The notes below the pieces were generated by a model. The model was not told where the DNA came from and ran no database searches. It saw nothing but the letters and a program-made list of their open reading frames with translations. From NCBI GenBank assembly GCA_041671325.1, contig JBAZBR010000001.1, forward strand, positions 415,504 through 479,503: a stretch of DNA of 64,000 nucleotides. The letters run 5' to 3'. Positions 39,598 through 49,436 of this stretch are shown piece by piece; positions within the stretch are counted from its first letter, which is position 1; every line of letters starts with the position of its first letter. The stretch comes from Patescibacteria group bacterium (lineage in GTDB: Bacteria; Patescibacteriota; Patescibacteriia; PEXW01). The position numbers were made by a program, and so were the translations under genes.

Positions 39598-41448
39598 CTA
39601 GTCTCTTTTTAATACCGCAAAAAAGGCTTCTTGCGGAATATCGACTTTACCCAAGCTTTTCATCCGGCGCTTGCCTTTTTTCTGTTTTTCCAATAATTTC
39701 CTTTTTCGGGTCACATCGCCGCCATACAACTTTGCCGTAACATCTTTCCGCATGGCTGACAAGCTGGCTGAAGCGATTATTTTGGCATTAATTGCCGCTT
39801 GGATCTTCACTTCAAACATCTGCTTTGGTAAAATACCTTTTAAATGTTCAACCACCTGCCGGGCGACTTTATAAGCTTCATCTTGATAAACCATTACGGA
39901 CAAGGCATCAACTTTTTCCCCAGCTACCAGGACGTCCATCCTTTCTACTTCAGCTTTTTCTGAATTGCTGATTTCATAATTTAAGGATGCATAGCCACTG
40001 GAGACACTTTTTAATCTATCATAGAAATCAACTAAAATTCCAGCTAAGGGCAGTTTGGCATGGATTACCACCCGGCTTTCATCTAGGTATTCCGTATTTT
40101 CGTGCTGACCGCGCTTTTCAATGATTAAGCTTAAAATCCCGCCGATATTCGAAGTTGGCGTGACAATATCGGCTTTAGCCCAGGGTTCTTCAATATGCTT
40201 GATATGCGAAGGTTCAGGCAAGTCCAAGGGACTGGTTATGACAACGGTGCCGCTTTTGGCTTCTTTGATGGAAGACTGTTCTTTAACTTTTTTCTCGTGT
40301 GCATGGATTCCGGCTTCGCTTAAAAATATTTTATAAGCCACGGAAGGGACGGTAACGACTAAATCTAAATTATATTCGCGCTTTAAGCGTTCCTGGACAA
40401 TGTCCAAATGCAAGAGGCCTAAGAAGCCGCACCGAAAACCATGCCCCAAGGCTTGGGAATGTTCAGTTTCATAAGAAAGCGCGGCGTCATTCAATTTTAG
40501 TTTGCCTAAAGCTTCTCTTAATAAGGGGAAATCATCACCGGCTTTGGTATACAAGCTGGCATAGACCATGGGCTGTAAATGCCGATAGCCTGACAACGCC
40601 TGATTGGCCGGGGCTTTTTCCAAGGTTAAAGTATCGCCGACTCGCGCATCAGCCACGCTTTTTACGCCAGTGACCACATAGCCGATTTCTCCCGCACCCA
40701 AATTCGGGCAAGAAACAAATTTTGGGTGGAAGTATCCGACCTCTAAGGCTTCGCCCTTGGCCCCAGTAGCCATGAACCTGACATGGTCGCCTTTGCTGAT
40801 TTGGCCTTGAACAATCCTGACAAAAGTGATGACCCCTCGGTAATCGTCAAATTTTGAATCAAAAACCAAAGCCTGCAATGGCTTAAGCAAATCGCCTTTT
40901 GGCAATGGAACTTTTTCAATGACTTTTTCTAAAAGTTCTTTCACGCCTAACCCGCTTTTGGCTGAAACTCTTAAAATTTCCTCTTTTTTGCAGCCCAGCA
41001 ATTTAACCAGCTCCCTTTCACTTTCATCTGGCCTGGCATTAGGCAGATCCACCTTGTTAATTGCCGGGATAATTGTCAAGTCCTGTTCTAAAGCCAAATA
41101 CAAATTTGCCAAGGTTTGGGCTTCCACGCCCTGGGTAGCGTCAACTAAAAGAATCGCGCCTTCTACTGCGGCTAAAGACCGGGAAACTTCATACGTGAAA
41201 TCCACATGCCCTGGCGTATCGATCAAATTCATCTCAAACTCCTGGTTTTGGTATTGATATTGCATCCTGACTGCCGCAAGTTTAATGGTAATTCCGCGTT
41301 CCCTTTCAATATCCATTTGGTCTAAAACTTGGGAACGCATTTCTCTTTTCGATACTGTATTAGTCAATTCCAAAAACCGGTCGGCTAAAGTCGATTTCCC
41401 GTGGTCAATATGCGCAATGATACAGAAGTTACGTATATTCGTACTCAT
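39598..41448 (-). CDS. lepA: Translation elongation factor 4 (LepA)
   Basis: MSTNIRNFCIIAHIDHGKSTLADR (G1), DTPGHVDF (G3), NKVD (G4); 616 aa. Confidence 0.95.
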   Translation of the reverse strand: MSTNIRNFCIIAHIDHGKSTLADRFLELTNTVSKREMRSQVLDQMDIERERGITIKLAAVRMQYQYQNQEFEMNLIDTPGHVDFTYEVSRSLAAVEGAILLVDATQGVEAQTLANLYLALEQDLTIIPAINKVDLPNARPDESERELVKLLGCKKEEILRVSAKSGLGVKELLEKVIEKVPLPKGDLLKPLQALVFDSKFDDYRGVITFVRIVQGQISKGDHVRFMATGAKGEALEVGYFHPKFVSCPNLGAGEIGYVVTGVKSVADARVGDTLTLEKAPANQALSGYRHLQPMVYASLYTKAGDDFPLLREALGKLKLNDAALSYETEHSQALGHGFRCGFLGLLHLDIVQERLKREYNLDLVVTVPSVAYKIFLSEAGIHAHEKKVKEQSSIKEAKSGTVVITSPLDLPEPSHIKHIEEPWAKADIVTPTSNIGGILSLIIEKRGQHENTEYLDESRVVIHAKLPLAGILVDFYDRLKSVSSGYASLNYEISNSEKAEVERMDVLVAGEKVDALSVMVYQDEAYKVARQVVEHLKGILPKQMFEVKIQAAINAKIIASASLSAMRKDVTAKLYGGDVTRKRKLLEKQKKGKRRMKSLGKVDIPQEAFFAVLKRD

Positions 41449-41522
41449 ACAAAATTAAAATTGAGGTGCTCGAGTCTCGCCCCGCACCGTAATTCCGCAC
41501 GAGCGGAATGACTGGTGCGCGG

Positions 41523-41570
41523 GTGGTCAATATGCGCGATTATACAAAAGTTCCGAATGTTTTTAGGCAT
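41523..41570 (-). pseudogene. Divergent duplicate of the lepA 5' end (encodes MPKNIRNFCIIAHIDH then frameshifts/stops)
   Basis: 48 nt about 80% identical to lepA codons 1-16. Located 75 nt upstream of the real lepA start, separated by a GC-rich spacer. Confidence 0.6.
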
Positions 41571-41649
41571 AGATAATAATTAACAGTTTCCCTCTACCTC
41601 TGGGAGAGGGGGTTGGAAGAAACATACTTCTTAAAAATTTAATCATGGT

Positions 41650-43272
41650 TTAATTTGAATTACCCGGCTTATTACCATTATTTACAAAATTCCTGAATTT
41701 TTGCCACCATTGCCTAAAGACTTCCATTTCTTCAACCTTCAGAATTGATGCCAAACACAAGAATATTACAATGCCAAAAATTCCAGAGATTAAACCTTGT
41801 AAAAAGATGCCGACTAAAGTATGCATGTCTACACCCATTGCCACAAAATGCAAAGCTCCCCAAGCGCCAAAACCTGCAAACAATGAGGCGATGACAATTT
41901 TTACGCTTGACTTGGCAATATGCGCATCGTCCAGATTACCCAGCCGGCGTCGAAGCAAAAAATACAGCAAGGACATATTGACTAGACTTGAAATTGAAAA
42001 AGCCAAAGCCACGCCAATAATGCCGAAATGTTTTGAAAGGATGATGGCTCCGGCAATATCAATAACGACTGAAAAAATTCCTACTTTAACTGGGGTGGAA
42101 GTATCATGCAAAGCATAAAACGACCTGGCAATGATCGGGATCAAGGCTTGGGCAAAAATTGACAAGGTGAAAAACCCCAAAACCTGGGCAGTCAAATAAG
42201 TCGCGTTCCAATCAAAAGTCTGGGCGCCCACGACCACCCGGACGATTTGAGCCCGCAAAACTAAAAGCAAGACCGAAGTTGGGATCATGACTACCAATAA
42301 CCTTCGAATGGTTTTTGAAAAATGTTTTTTAAAAGCTTCCATGTCTTGGCTGGCATAAGCCTCGGAAAAAGCGGGAAAAATGGCGATGGCCAAGGAAACC
42401 CCGAAAACATTGATGGGAAAATTCTGGAGATTATTGGCAAAATTAAGCTGGGTTAAACTGCCAGCTGCCAAACTGGAAGCAATAATCGTGCTGACCAGCT
42501 GGTCAATTTGGTTGACAGCCAAGCCAAAAGTCCTGGGTAGCATAAGCTTCCCCACTTCTCTAACGCCTTTATGGCGCCAATTTAATATTCTTTGATAGCG
42601 GAATCCCAGCTTAAAGACGCTGGGGATTTGGATAGCTAAGTGGGCAAAAGCGCCCACGACCACGCCATAAGCCAAACCAATAATCCCCCATTTGGGCACA
42701 AAAAAAATGATGCCGGCGATTATGCCAAGGTTATACAAAACCGGCGCCAAGGCAAAAGCAAAAAACCTTTTGAAGGAATTGAGGATGGCGGAAACAATAT
42801 TACTGGCTCCGAAAAAAATTATGGCCACCAGCATTATCCGGCTTAAGTGGATGGTGGTCTGAAGTTTTTCACCGGAAAAGCCTGGGGCAATTAAAGGCAC
42901 CAAGTGATTGGCAAAAATAAAAAAGATTAGGCCTAAGACAATCAGGACGATCAGTAGCAAGTTCAAGATTGAATTGGCCACGCACCAAGCATCATCTTTC
43001 AGTTCTGGATTCTTTTCCGCCCTTTTTAAATAACTAACAAATACTGGAATAAAAGAGGAGGAAAGAGCGCCCAGCACCAAGACATTAAAGACAAAATCAG
43101 GGAGTTTAAATGCGGCAAAATATGGGTCCAGGTTGCCACCGCCGCCAAAAGTGCTGGCTAGCATCCGATCCCTGACTAAACCCAAAACTCGGCTGGCCAC
43201 GCCAGTAAAACCAATTACGATGGCGCCGCCAAGGATAGTGGTGGAGAGTTTGTGCCAAAGCTTCTTTAACAT
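41650..43272 (-). CDS. murJ: Lipid II flippase MurJ (MviN)
   Basis: 540 aa, about 14 TM, N-terminal VASRVLGLVRDRMLASTFG motif typical of MurJ. Confidence 0.88.
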   Translation of the reverse strand: MLKKLWHKLSTTILGGAIVIGFTGVASRVLGLVRDRMLASTFGGGGNLDPYFAAFKLPDFVFNVLVLGALSSSFIPVFVSYLKRAEKNPELKDDAWCVANSILNLLLIVLIVLGLIFFIFANHLVPLIAPGFSGEKLQTTIHLSRIMLVAIIFFGASNIVSAILNSFKRFFAFALAPVLYNLGIIAGIIFFVPKWGIIGLAYGVVVGAFAHLAIQIPSVFKLGFRYQRILNWRHKGVREVGKLMLPRTFGLAVNQIDQLVSTIIASSLAAGSLTQLNFANNLQNFPINVFGVSLAIAIFPAFSEAYASQDMEAFKKHFSKTIRRLLVVMIPTSVLLLVLRAQIVRVVVGAQTFDWNATYLTAQVLGFFTLSIFAQALIPIIARSFYALHDTSTPVKVGIFSVVIDIAGAIILSKHFGIIGVALAFSISSLVNMSLLYFLLRRRLGNLDDAHIAKSSVKIVIASLFAGFGAWGALHFVAMGVDMHTLVGIFLQGLISGIFGIVIFLCLASILKVEEMEVFRQWWQKFRNFVNNGNKPGNSN

Positions 43273-43656
43273 AGTTTGTGGAATTGAGTTTAGCTGAAAA
43301 GCCCAATAGTTTCAAGGTTTTTTATCGCACGTCTCCAGCTCCGTGAGAAAAAGCTATTATCATTGTCATTGCGAGAAGGCCAGTTTTTGCGGGACGACGC
43401 GGCAATCTCGCTTTACAGTGAAAGATTGCTTCGCTTCTCCCCGCGGCCGCGGGGTCGCCCGCAATAACAGGGTTTATACTGGTCCAAACTAAAAACCGCC
43501 ATCTTTATCAGATAACGGTTATTGGTTCTCCTGGCCGGATTACACCGTGCGAAAGATACCCGCGTCTTGCTTCCATTCATTAGGGAGAGAGTCCTTTTGA
43601 ATTTCATTAAAACGTGAGATCGTAAGAAGGGTAACCCGGCCGGGAGAAAATACTTT

Positions 43657-43767
43657 TGTCATTTCGAGCGAAGCGTAAGCGTAGTCGAGAAATCTCTTTG
43701 TAATAGTTGAGATTCCTCCGCTCGTCCTCGCTTAATCGAACTCGGTCGGAATGACAAAATGAAGTTT
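43657..43767. repeat. Imperfect inverted repeat (~45-nt arms beginning TTGTCATT[TC]CGA...) forming a MITE-like structure. Related motif copies at 43359 and 56480.
   Basis: Left arm ttgtcatttcgagcgaagcg...gaaatctc; right arm (reverse complement) ttgtcattccgaccgag...ggaatctc. Confidence 0.5.
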
Positions 43768-43858
43768 CACCCCGATTATAGTCCTCCTGCCTGAAAAGAC
43801 AAATTTTGTCTTTTCAGGAAGAGGAGCCAGTTTAAACTGACTCACTCAAGGTGCGGTT

Positions 43859-44242
43859 TTAATGCAATTTGAGCAAATTGACTTCGGCTGACCTACCTGA
43901 CCCCAGTTTATAACCAATTACCGAGCGTCCTAACGGAACCAGGTTTGAATCCTTGGCGGTTGCGATTATTACCGCACAAGCACTATCCTGATACAGCCGA
44001 TATGAGTACACGCTGGTATCCAGATCGGCATCAGGATAATAGATGGCCACATTGCTGAACAAAGAATCGCCCGCGTTAAAATGCCTCGACGCATTGACGA
44101 CTATTTGCAAAAGCTGACGCTCGCCTATAAAAGCGGTCTGCTCTTTCGAACGCTCAGTCTTAAGGTCGTTAATATAGCTAACCGCAAAGATTAACGATAA
44201 AGCTACCATAACGAAAAGAACCGTCAACACTCTACTGAACAT
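43859..44242 (-). CDS. Small membrane-anchored/secreted hypothetical protein (island gene)
   Basis: Start reassigned to MFSRVLTVLF..., preceded by AGGAGG 8 nt upstream. The track ORF extends to 44287. N-terminal TM/signal. Confidence 0.5.
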   Translation of the reverse strand: MFSRVLTVLFVMVALSLIFAVSYINDLKTERSKEQTAFIGERQLLQIVVNASRHFNAGDSLFSNVAIYYPDADLDTSVYSYRLYQDSACAVIIATAKDSNLVPLGRSVIGYKLGSGRSAEVNLLKLH

Positions 44243-44353
44243 ACAATATCCTCCTAAATCAACTTTATTTTTTAATCTCTCCCACAACCGACTTTTGTAA
44301 AATCAGCTCTGGGAGAGGAGCCAGAAAAGTATCTGGCTCAAAACGAACAATAC

Positions 44354-44743
44354 TCAATCAAGCGGTGACTGCAGATAATCGTCTGCCAGGCGATAGTATA
44401 CGCCGCAGACGAATGTGGTATCCCCTGAAAAATTCTCATCCCGGTACAGAAATTCCGAAGCTACGAATTTCCGGTTTTGGTTTTTCCATTCCTTGATTTT
44501 CTCATCAATCAACGGTTGTGCGATTGCGCTATCCGCCAAATTGTATTCAACTGGGATTTGAAGAACTAGTGCCGTGGAATCGGGATCTGTCCATGATCCA
44601 TGTGCAACCCCCAGCTCGCCATTAAAAACGATGACGGCGGTGTGGCTTGGAACAAGCCACGCATCCACGGCAATGCCAATCAGAATACCAAAAACCAATC
44701 CGATCGCGAAAACTGCAAAAACATTCCGCATCAAAACCTCCAT
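44354..44743 (-). CDS. Membrane-anchored hypothetical protein (island gene)
   Basis: Likely start MEVLMRNVF, with AAAGGA 10 nt upstream. The track ORF extends to 44824, across a terminator hairpin. One TM. Confidence 0.45.
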   Translation of the reverse strand: MEVLMRNVFAVFAIGLVFGILIGIAVDAWLVPSHTAVIVFNGELGVAHGSWTDPDSTALVLQIPVEYNLADSAIAQPLIDEKIKEWKNQNRKFVASEFLYRDENFSGDTTFVCGVYYRLADDYLQSPLD

Positions 44744-44812
44744 GTTTTGGTTATCCTTTTTTGTTTCTGTTTCTCCCCCACCCGTCGAAATTTTTTCAAC
44801 GCGTAAGGGAAA

Positions 44813-44842
44813 AAGGCAAACCACGGAAGGTTTGCCTATTCT
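44813..44842 (-). terminator. Intrinsic terminator-like hairpin after the 53-aa gene
   Basis: On the minus strand, ggcaaacc-ttccgt-ggtttgcc followed by tttttccc. Confidence 0.45.
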
Positions 44843-44853
44843 GCAATGAAATT

Positions 44854-45015
44854 TCAGCAGATGGAGGTATAATTAAAGCTCCAGGCTAAAGCACTCAAGA
44901 GAACAATTGTCATACCCGCGGGTATGACGAACTTTTTCGGCCGAAGGAACATGATCCCCAGCCCGATAGCCATGGTAAACACTGTGGCTATAAAAACCCT
45001 GGTACACAGATCCAT
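44854..45015 (-). CDS. Small (about 53 aa) two-TM membrane protein
   Basis: Start MDLCTRVF, preceded by AAAAGGAGAGG. The track ORF extends to 45072. Confidence 0.4.
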   Translation of the reverse strand: MDLCTRVFIATVFTMAIGLGIMFLRPKKFVIPAGMTIVLLSALAWSFNYTSIC

Positions 45016-45037
45016 ATCCTCTCCTTTTGTTTTGCAT

Positions 45038-45466
45038 TTAGTAATAAATGAACCTAAACAATTCTTTGACAACCGGGATGCACGAAGTCTTGGTTAGCTT
45101 TTTGGCAAGCCAGGAAAACCCAACCAAGACCAGACCAACGAGGGCAATTATGTAGTGATCCGAAGCGTTTTCCAAACCCTCGGTTGGATTTTTTACCAAT
45201 GCGGTGAAAAATCCAAACAGAAACAGGATAACGCCAACTATCAGTGAACTGGCCGCGAAATATACCACATAATACTTTGCGGTTATTTCCAGCCGGCGTC
45301 CACACAAATATGTAACGCATCCAAAAATCAGGTATGGCCATATAATGTAGTAAGCCAATCCTGGAACGTACCTGATTGGTAAGGTAACCATTAAAACTGC
45401 CAACAAAGCTGTTAACAGGGTGCAAACCATGACCCCGATCTCAAAAAATGTTTTCGTAAAAGTCAT
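45038..45466 (-). CDS. Polytopic (about 4 TM) membrane protein, unknown function
   Basis: Likely start MTFTKTFFEIG, with GGAGG 5 nt upstream. The overlapping other-frame ORF at 45054..45425 is judged spurious. Confidence 0.45.
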   Translation of the reverse strand: MTFTKTFFEIGVMVCTLLTALLAVLMVTLPIRYVPGLAYYIIWPYLIFGCVTYLCGRRLEITAKYYVVYFAASSLIVGVILFLFGFFTALVKNPTEGLENASDHYIIALVGLVLVGFSWLAKKLTKTSCIPVVKELFRFIYY

Positions 45467-45577
45467 CCAAACCTCCATGTTTGTTCATTTTTATTTCCTC
45501 TGAAAAGACTTTGTTTAAAATCTGTTCAGAGGAAATGGCGAAGTTTTTGAGGCTTCGCCAATCCAAAGAAAGTTACA

Positions 45578-46282
45578 TCACAGCTTGGTGATGTGCAAAC
45601 AAACATCGATGCCGTGGCCAATGGCAGGCGCCGTCAAGATGACGCTGATTGTTGAATTTGATGGCAATGCCAGGTCTATCGAAAACTTTTTATTTTCCAA
45701 AGACCATTTATAGGTTATGCCGTCAATCGTAACCAGTAAATCCTGCAAAGGCTGGTCATTCTGGGTTTCAGCGCTGAACTCCAGTCGATACGAACCGATT
45801 GGGTTCATGAGAAGCCAATTGATGACCTTATCGCACCCTTTCAGGTGCCCGCAGAATTTTTCACCGAGGTTGAGAGTGTCAGTGACGTAAACCGTATCCA
45901 CATGGCTACTATCGATAACGATCAGAGTAGACTCAGGCGGAACAACCCAGACGCCGTGTGAAGCTGTGGCAGTTTGGCCATCAGTCGAATTGACCAGCAG
46001 GCCAAAATCGAAATATCCGGTATCACTCAACCTGCCCTCAAAATAAGGCAAGTGAGTAATTACAGAATCTTTCAGATACCAGCTTGCTTGGTAGGGCTGC
46101 TGTCCACCGGTAATAGTTGCGAAAAGAAAAAACTTCTCGCCGACGTAGACAGTGTCAGGCCCCAGGATTCCGGCTTCCAGTTTCCCATACACTTCGGGTG
46201 AAACTGGATTGACCTGTTTTTCCGCGCAACCGGCAAAGATTGCCAGAAACGCCACGAACACGAGGAGGATAAACTGCTTCAT
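45578..46282 (-). CDS. Putative lipoprotein (signal peptide + AIFAGC lipobox-like cysteine), unknown function
   Basis: AGGAGG 9 nt upstream of the ATG. MKQFILLVFVAFLAIFAGC signal. Confidence 0.5.
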   Translation of the reverse strand: MKQFILLVFVAFLAIFAGCAEKQVNPVSPEVYGKLEAGILGPDTVYVGEKFFLFATITGGQQPYQASWYLKDSVITHLPYFEGRLSDTGYFDFGLLVNSTDGQTATASHGVWVVPPESTLIVIDSSHVDTVYVTDTLNLGEKFCGHLKGCDKVINWLLMNPIGSYRLEFSAETQNDQPLQDLLVTIDGITYKWSLENKKFSIDLALPSNSTISVILTAPAIGHGIDVCLHITKL

Positions 46283-47283
46283 TAGTGTTTACCTCCTGAG
46301 ATCGTGAACTGATAGGCAATAATCACACGAACGTGCGAATTCTCCCATTCAACTTCTTCGGTACCCCGCTGGTACACATACACTGGAGTCCAGACAGCAG
46401 CCAGAACCCAGCTTTTTGCGAAAGTCACCTGAGCCCCAAGCTCGGGTCCAGTTCGTTTCTCACCCCAGGGACCGTCGAAGTACCGGTTAATTTCGCTTCG
46501 TTGCCCACCAAAAATGAGTTCAAATGGTTTCTCCAACCAAGGTCGCACAAGAACATGGACTGAGCCGTATCTATAGATGTAGCTCATTTCTTCCTTGCAG
46601 TATGTACGATCTTCGCGGTAGAAAGAATAACCGCCCTCCAAAGCAATACGGAAGCGGTCATTCCCCCACTGAAGACATGCTATTGGCATAAAGCGTTCAG
46701 CCGGCGTATACGCTACGCCAATGCCGAACCAAATCCGGTTGTCGAAGTGATTAATCACTTCAGTTTTATAATTATTAACAACCGGCGCTAGTTTTGGCTG
46801 GGCGGCAAAAGCCGAATCAATTGAGTGCTGCATTTCTGCCGGTGTAACATACCGGTCGAACTGCACCACTTCGATAACGACTTTTCGATGATCGCCACCG
46901 ATTTTTTTCTCGTTATCCGGGTCAGGCATTCGTGGCCAGATCAAATCGCGAGGAGTGCCGCATTCTTTCAAATGCAAAGCGGCCCATTCATAGCGACTGA
47001 CCTTTAAAGCAGCTTCCAGCACGTCTTCCTTAGTCGGCGTATCGAATTTCAATCCGTCGACATAAGAATAAATCTTGATATAACGATGCTGGAATGCACA
47101 GACCGAATCAGTCAGCATTTGGAATACTGCCTGATTCTTTTTAGCCAGTTCCACCTGGCTCATGCCTTTTCCTGGTGCAAATCCAGAAATTTCTTTGCTT
47201 ATGATCACGGTTTCAGCCAAAGCCGAAACCGAAAAAATCACAAGCATGAGAAACGAAAGCAAGACTATCGTGAGTTTCTTCAC
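46282..47283 (-). CDS. Secreted protein with beta-strand-rich C-terminal half (possible outer-membrane beta-barrel)
   Basis: GTG start preceded by GGAGGT. Signal peptide MKKLTIVLLSFLMLVIFSVSALA. Alternating hydrophobic pattern in the last ~170 aa. Confidence 0.45.
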   Translation of the reverse strand: MKKLTIVLLSFLMLVIFSVSALAETVIISKEISGFAPGKGMSQVELAKKNQAVFQMLTDSVCAFQHRYIKIYSYVDGLKFDTPTKEDVLEAALKVSRYEWAALHLKECGTPRDLIWPRMPDPDNEKKIGGDHRKVVIEVVQFDRYVTPAEMQHSIDSAFAAQPKLAPVVNNYKTEVINHFDNRIWFGIGVAYTPAERFMPIACLQWGNDRFRIALEGGYSFYREDRTYCKEEMSYIYRYGSVHVLVRPWLEKPFELIFGGQRSEINRYFDGPWGEKRTGPELGAQVTFAKSWVLAAVWTPVYVYQRGTEEVEWENSHVRVIIAYQFTISGGKH

Positions 47284-47400
47284 TAAGTTACCTCCATGCT
47301 AAGGGTTTTTTCAATAATACGTTTTGTTGTTGGTTTTGCTAAAATATCTTAATTTTCAAGATGACTTTAGTAAAACTAACAAACCTCTATTAGGTTTATT

Positions 47401-47429
47401 ATATTATTTCTAATTGAGCCTTCTGTCAA
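47401..47429 (-). promoter_or_regulatory. Consensus sigma-70 promoter (TTGACA, 17 nt, TAATAT) about 110 nt upstream of the 333-aa secreted-protein gene
   Basis: Minus strand: ttgaca gaaggctcaattagaaa taatat. A 9-bp GC hairpin (47451-47483) lies just upstream. Confidence 0.5.
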
Positions 47430-47754
47430 AAATATGAAAAATAAATTGATGGTGTGCGGTTGCCCGAAAGCATTCCGCACACCACCATTTTTCCTTTTAC
47501 TTCGCCCGGTTTACGAATTTGCAACGAGAAAAAGCAAAAGGTCTTTAGCATATGGCTGTCTTGCCATGGTTGTGGTGCCAAGCATACCACCAGCCCGAAA
47601 TCATCTTCGGGTCCGAGGATCCAACCAAGTGATTATCTGATTGGAAATTTTTGTGAGGTTCTCCCACATTCCGCAGGACAAATTGCTTTCTCCTGCCGAA
47701 TGCAAGAAGGAAAACCACAGCGGTTCTCCTTCTAAAACGAACAGCTTATTTCCG

Positions 47755-47910
47755 TTATTCCAGTACTTCGCATCTTGCTTTCACTTCCGAAGGAATGAAC
47801 CCCAACGCGACATCGGCTGAAATGTCTCCGTCGTCCACTTTTGCGTCGAGAGCTCTATAGAACTCCTCAAACGCTAAGTCAAACTCGGCTTGCTCTTCAT
47901 GTGTCGCCAT
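47755..47910 (-). CDS. Small acidic protein (about 51 aa)
   Basis: Start MATHEEQ, preceded by AAAGGA 7 nt upstream. The track ORF extends to 47973. Confidence 0.35.
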   Translation of the reverse strand: MATHEEQAEFDLAFEEFYRALDAKVDDGDISADVALGFIPSEVKARCEVLE

Positions 47911-47962
47911 GTTTTCATCCTTTCTGGTGACCGAATTTTTGTCTTTAGTTTGTTTTTCGCGG

Positions 47963-48175
47963 CTACTCCACAACTCTTACGAGAATAGCCTCTTTCGCTG
48001 CAGCTCCTTCCATGGCGATTTCCATTCGCAATGGTTGTGTATTCAGTATTCCCACCAAACCGACAATGGCATCAAGAATAGCAGGCACGATTAAAACTGT
48101 TTTTCCATAAAATAACCATCCAGTTACGCAATAAAGCGCTGTTGCCAAAGCCGCATAAGATATAAGCCTCATCAT
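47963..48175 (-). CDS. Small (70 aa) two-TM membrane protein
   Basis: AAGGAGA 3 nt upstream of ATGATG; hydrophobic. Confidence 0.45.
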   Translation of the reverse strand: MMRLISYAALATALYCVTGWLFYGKTVLIVPAILDAIVGLVGILNTQPLRMEIAMEGAAAKEAILVRVVE

Positions 48176-48915
48176 TGCAAGATCTCCTTGTAATGGTTTA
48201 TTCGTTCATTTTTATACTTTCAAAAACAAGATTAAAGACGATTTAAAACCCCATCAAACCATCATCTTCACTGTTGTTTTAAAAAATTTGGGAGAGCGAG
48301 GGCCGAAGCCTCTCGCTCTCACCGGGGAGGAAGGAGGTGAACAATAAACATGCTTTACCAGGGAAGCTCCTTGGGATTTGACGAAAGAGAATGCGGCACT
48401 TGTCCCAGTGGATTGGAGCTTCCCTGATTTTTTTCTTTTTCCAAAAATACCAGTTTTATTGATACGCTTGGAAAAAGAGGCAACCGACCCTAATAAGCCA
48501 GTCGCCTCAAAATTTGGTTTCGCCTTGGAAACCTGCTTTTGTATGGCAATAAAGCCGCAAGCACCGCTAACGAAACTAGGCATTTTTATCAAAACAGGTG
48601 CCGCCTGTTGACCCGTACATCTTGCTGTCCTGCAACAGTCAAAATACCTACGGGTCCGAGGCCGTTCCCTAAGATACCAGGAAACTGATTTTTCAAGGCA
48701 ATTTCTGCCCGCAATTTACTTTTATAAAAATATTATAAAGGAAAATTCCCGAAAGAAATAATGGGAGGAGAGGATTTTGGGGTCCTACTCCTCCCTGGGC
48801 ACCATATGAAAGAAAATGAGGCAATGAGGCTAAGTGAGGCTTTTTAGTTTTTCTTTTTCTCTACTTTATTAAATAGTGGACAAGCAGAATTTCGGAAAAA
48901 TGATCGAACTATCGC

Positions 48916-49395
48916 TTAATTCTTGACAGCAAGACCGACAAAGAAGCCTATGACTAAAATAATGGGTATAACTCCCAATGACCAGTTGCCCAAGTTTGAC
49001 TTGATACGGATGGCTACCGCATTACCCCCGTCAAACGAGATCAACTCATAGGTCTGGGTAGTAAAATGTCCCGAATTCAAAACCGGGATATCCCAAGTCT
49101 TCATTTCGCGTCCAGCCGAAATTGAGATTATTCCACATTCAACTGAATCATGTGTGAGGTACGTCATAACCGCAAAGTCGTCTTCGGAAGTTTTAACTTC
49201 CGGCTCGACTCTGTTTACGGAATTCACGAAAGCGTCTCTTACCACATCGGAAAACGTCGCGCTTTGTAGCAACGTTTCAATCTGCGCCGTTTCATAAGCA
49301 GAAACGGTGACGTCGAAAACGGTGGCAGTTTTGGCAATCACAGGGTATGCCACAACACAGATCACGAATACGAGAATGATTGTCTTAAAATTCAT
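48916..49395 (-). CDS. Secreted/anchored hypothetical protein (signal peptide + C-terminal TM)
   Basis: TAGGAGC RBS-like element upstream. N-terminal signal; C-terminal VIPIILVIGFFVGLAV anchor. Confidence 0.5.
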   Translation of the reverse strand: MNFKTIILVFVICVVAYPVIAKTATVFDVTVSAYETAQIETLLQSATFSDVVRDAFVNSVNRVEPEVKTSEDDFAVMTYLTHDSVECGIISISAGREMKTWDIPVLNSGHFTTQTYELISFDGGNAVAIRIKSNLGNWSLGVIPIILVIGFFVGLAVKN

Positions 49396-49436
49396 TTCGA
49401 GCTCCTAAGCTAAATTGTTTATTTTACGTTTTTCCC

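Noticed and set aside
43413-43607. 64-aa minus-strand ORF in the left island junction
   Set aside because: No RBS; overlaps palindromes/repeats; basic low-complexity product. Treated as noncoding.
43913-43950. tRNA-like T-arm motif ggtttgaatcc
   Set aside because: Lies inside a coding ORF. No acceptor stem, D-arm or anticodon stem can be drawn.
45054-45425. 123-aa ORF overlapping the 45038-45466 membrane-protein gene in another frame
   Set aside because: The alternative frame gives a hydrophilic Arg/Trp-rich product without a start context. The membrane-protein frame has GGAGG and coherent TM helices.
48254-48592. 112-aa minus-strand ORF in the 740-nt gap
   Set aside because: TTG/ATA start in the track, no SD although all neighbouring island genes have strong SDs, and a low-complexity Ser/Pro/Gly-rich product. 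It overlaps the hairpins.
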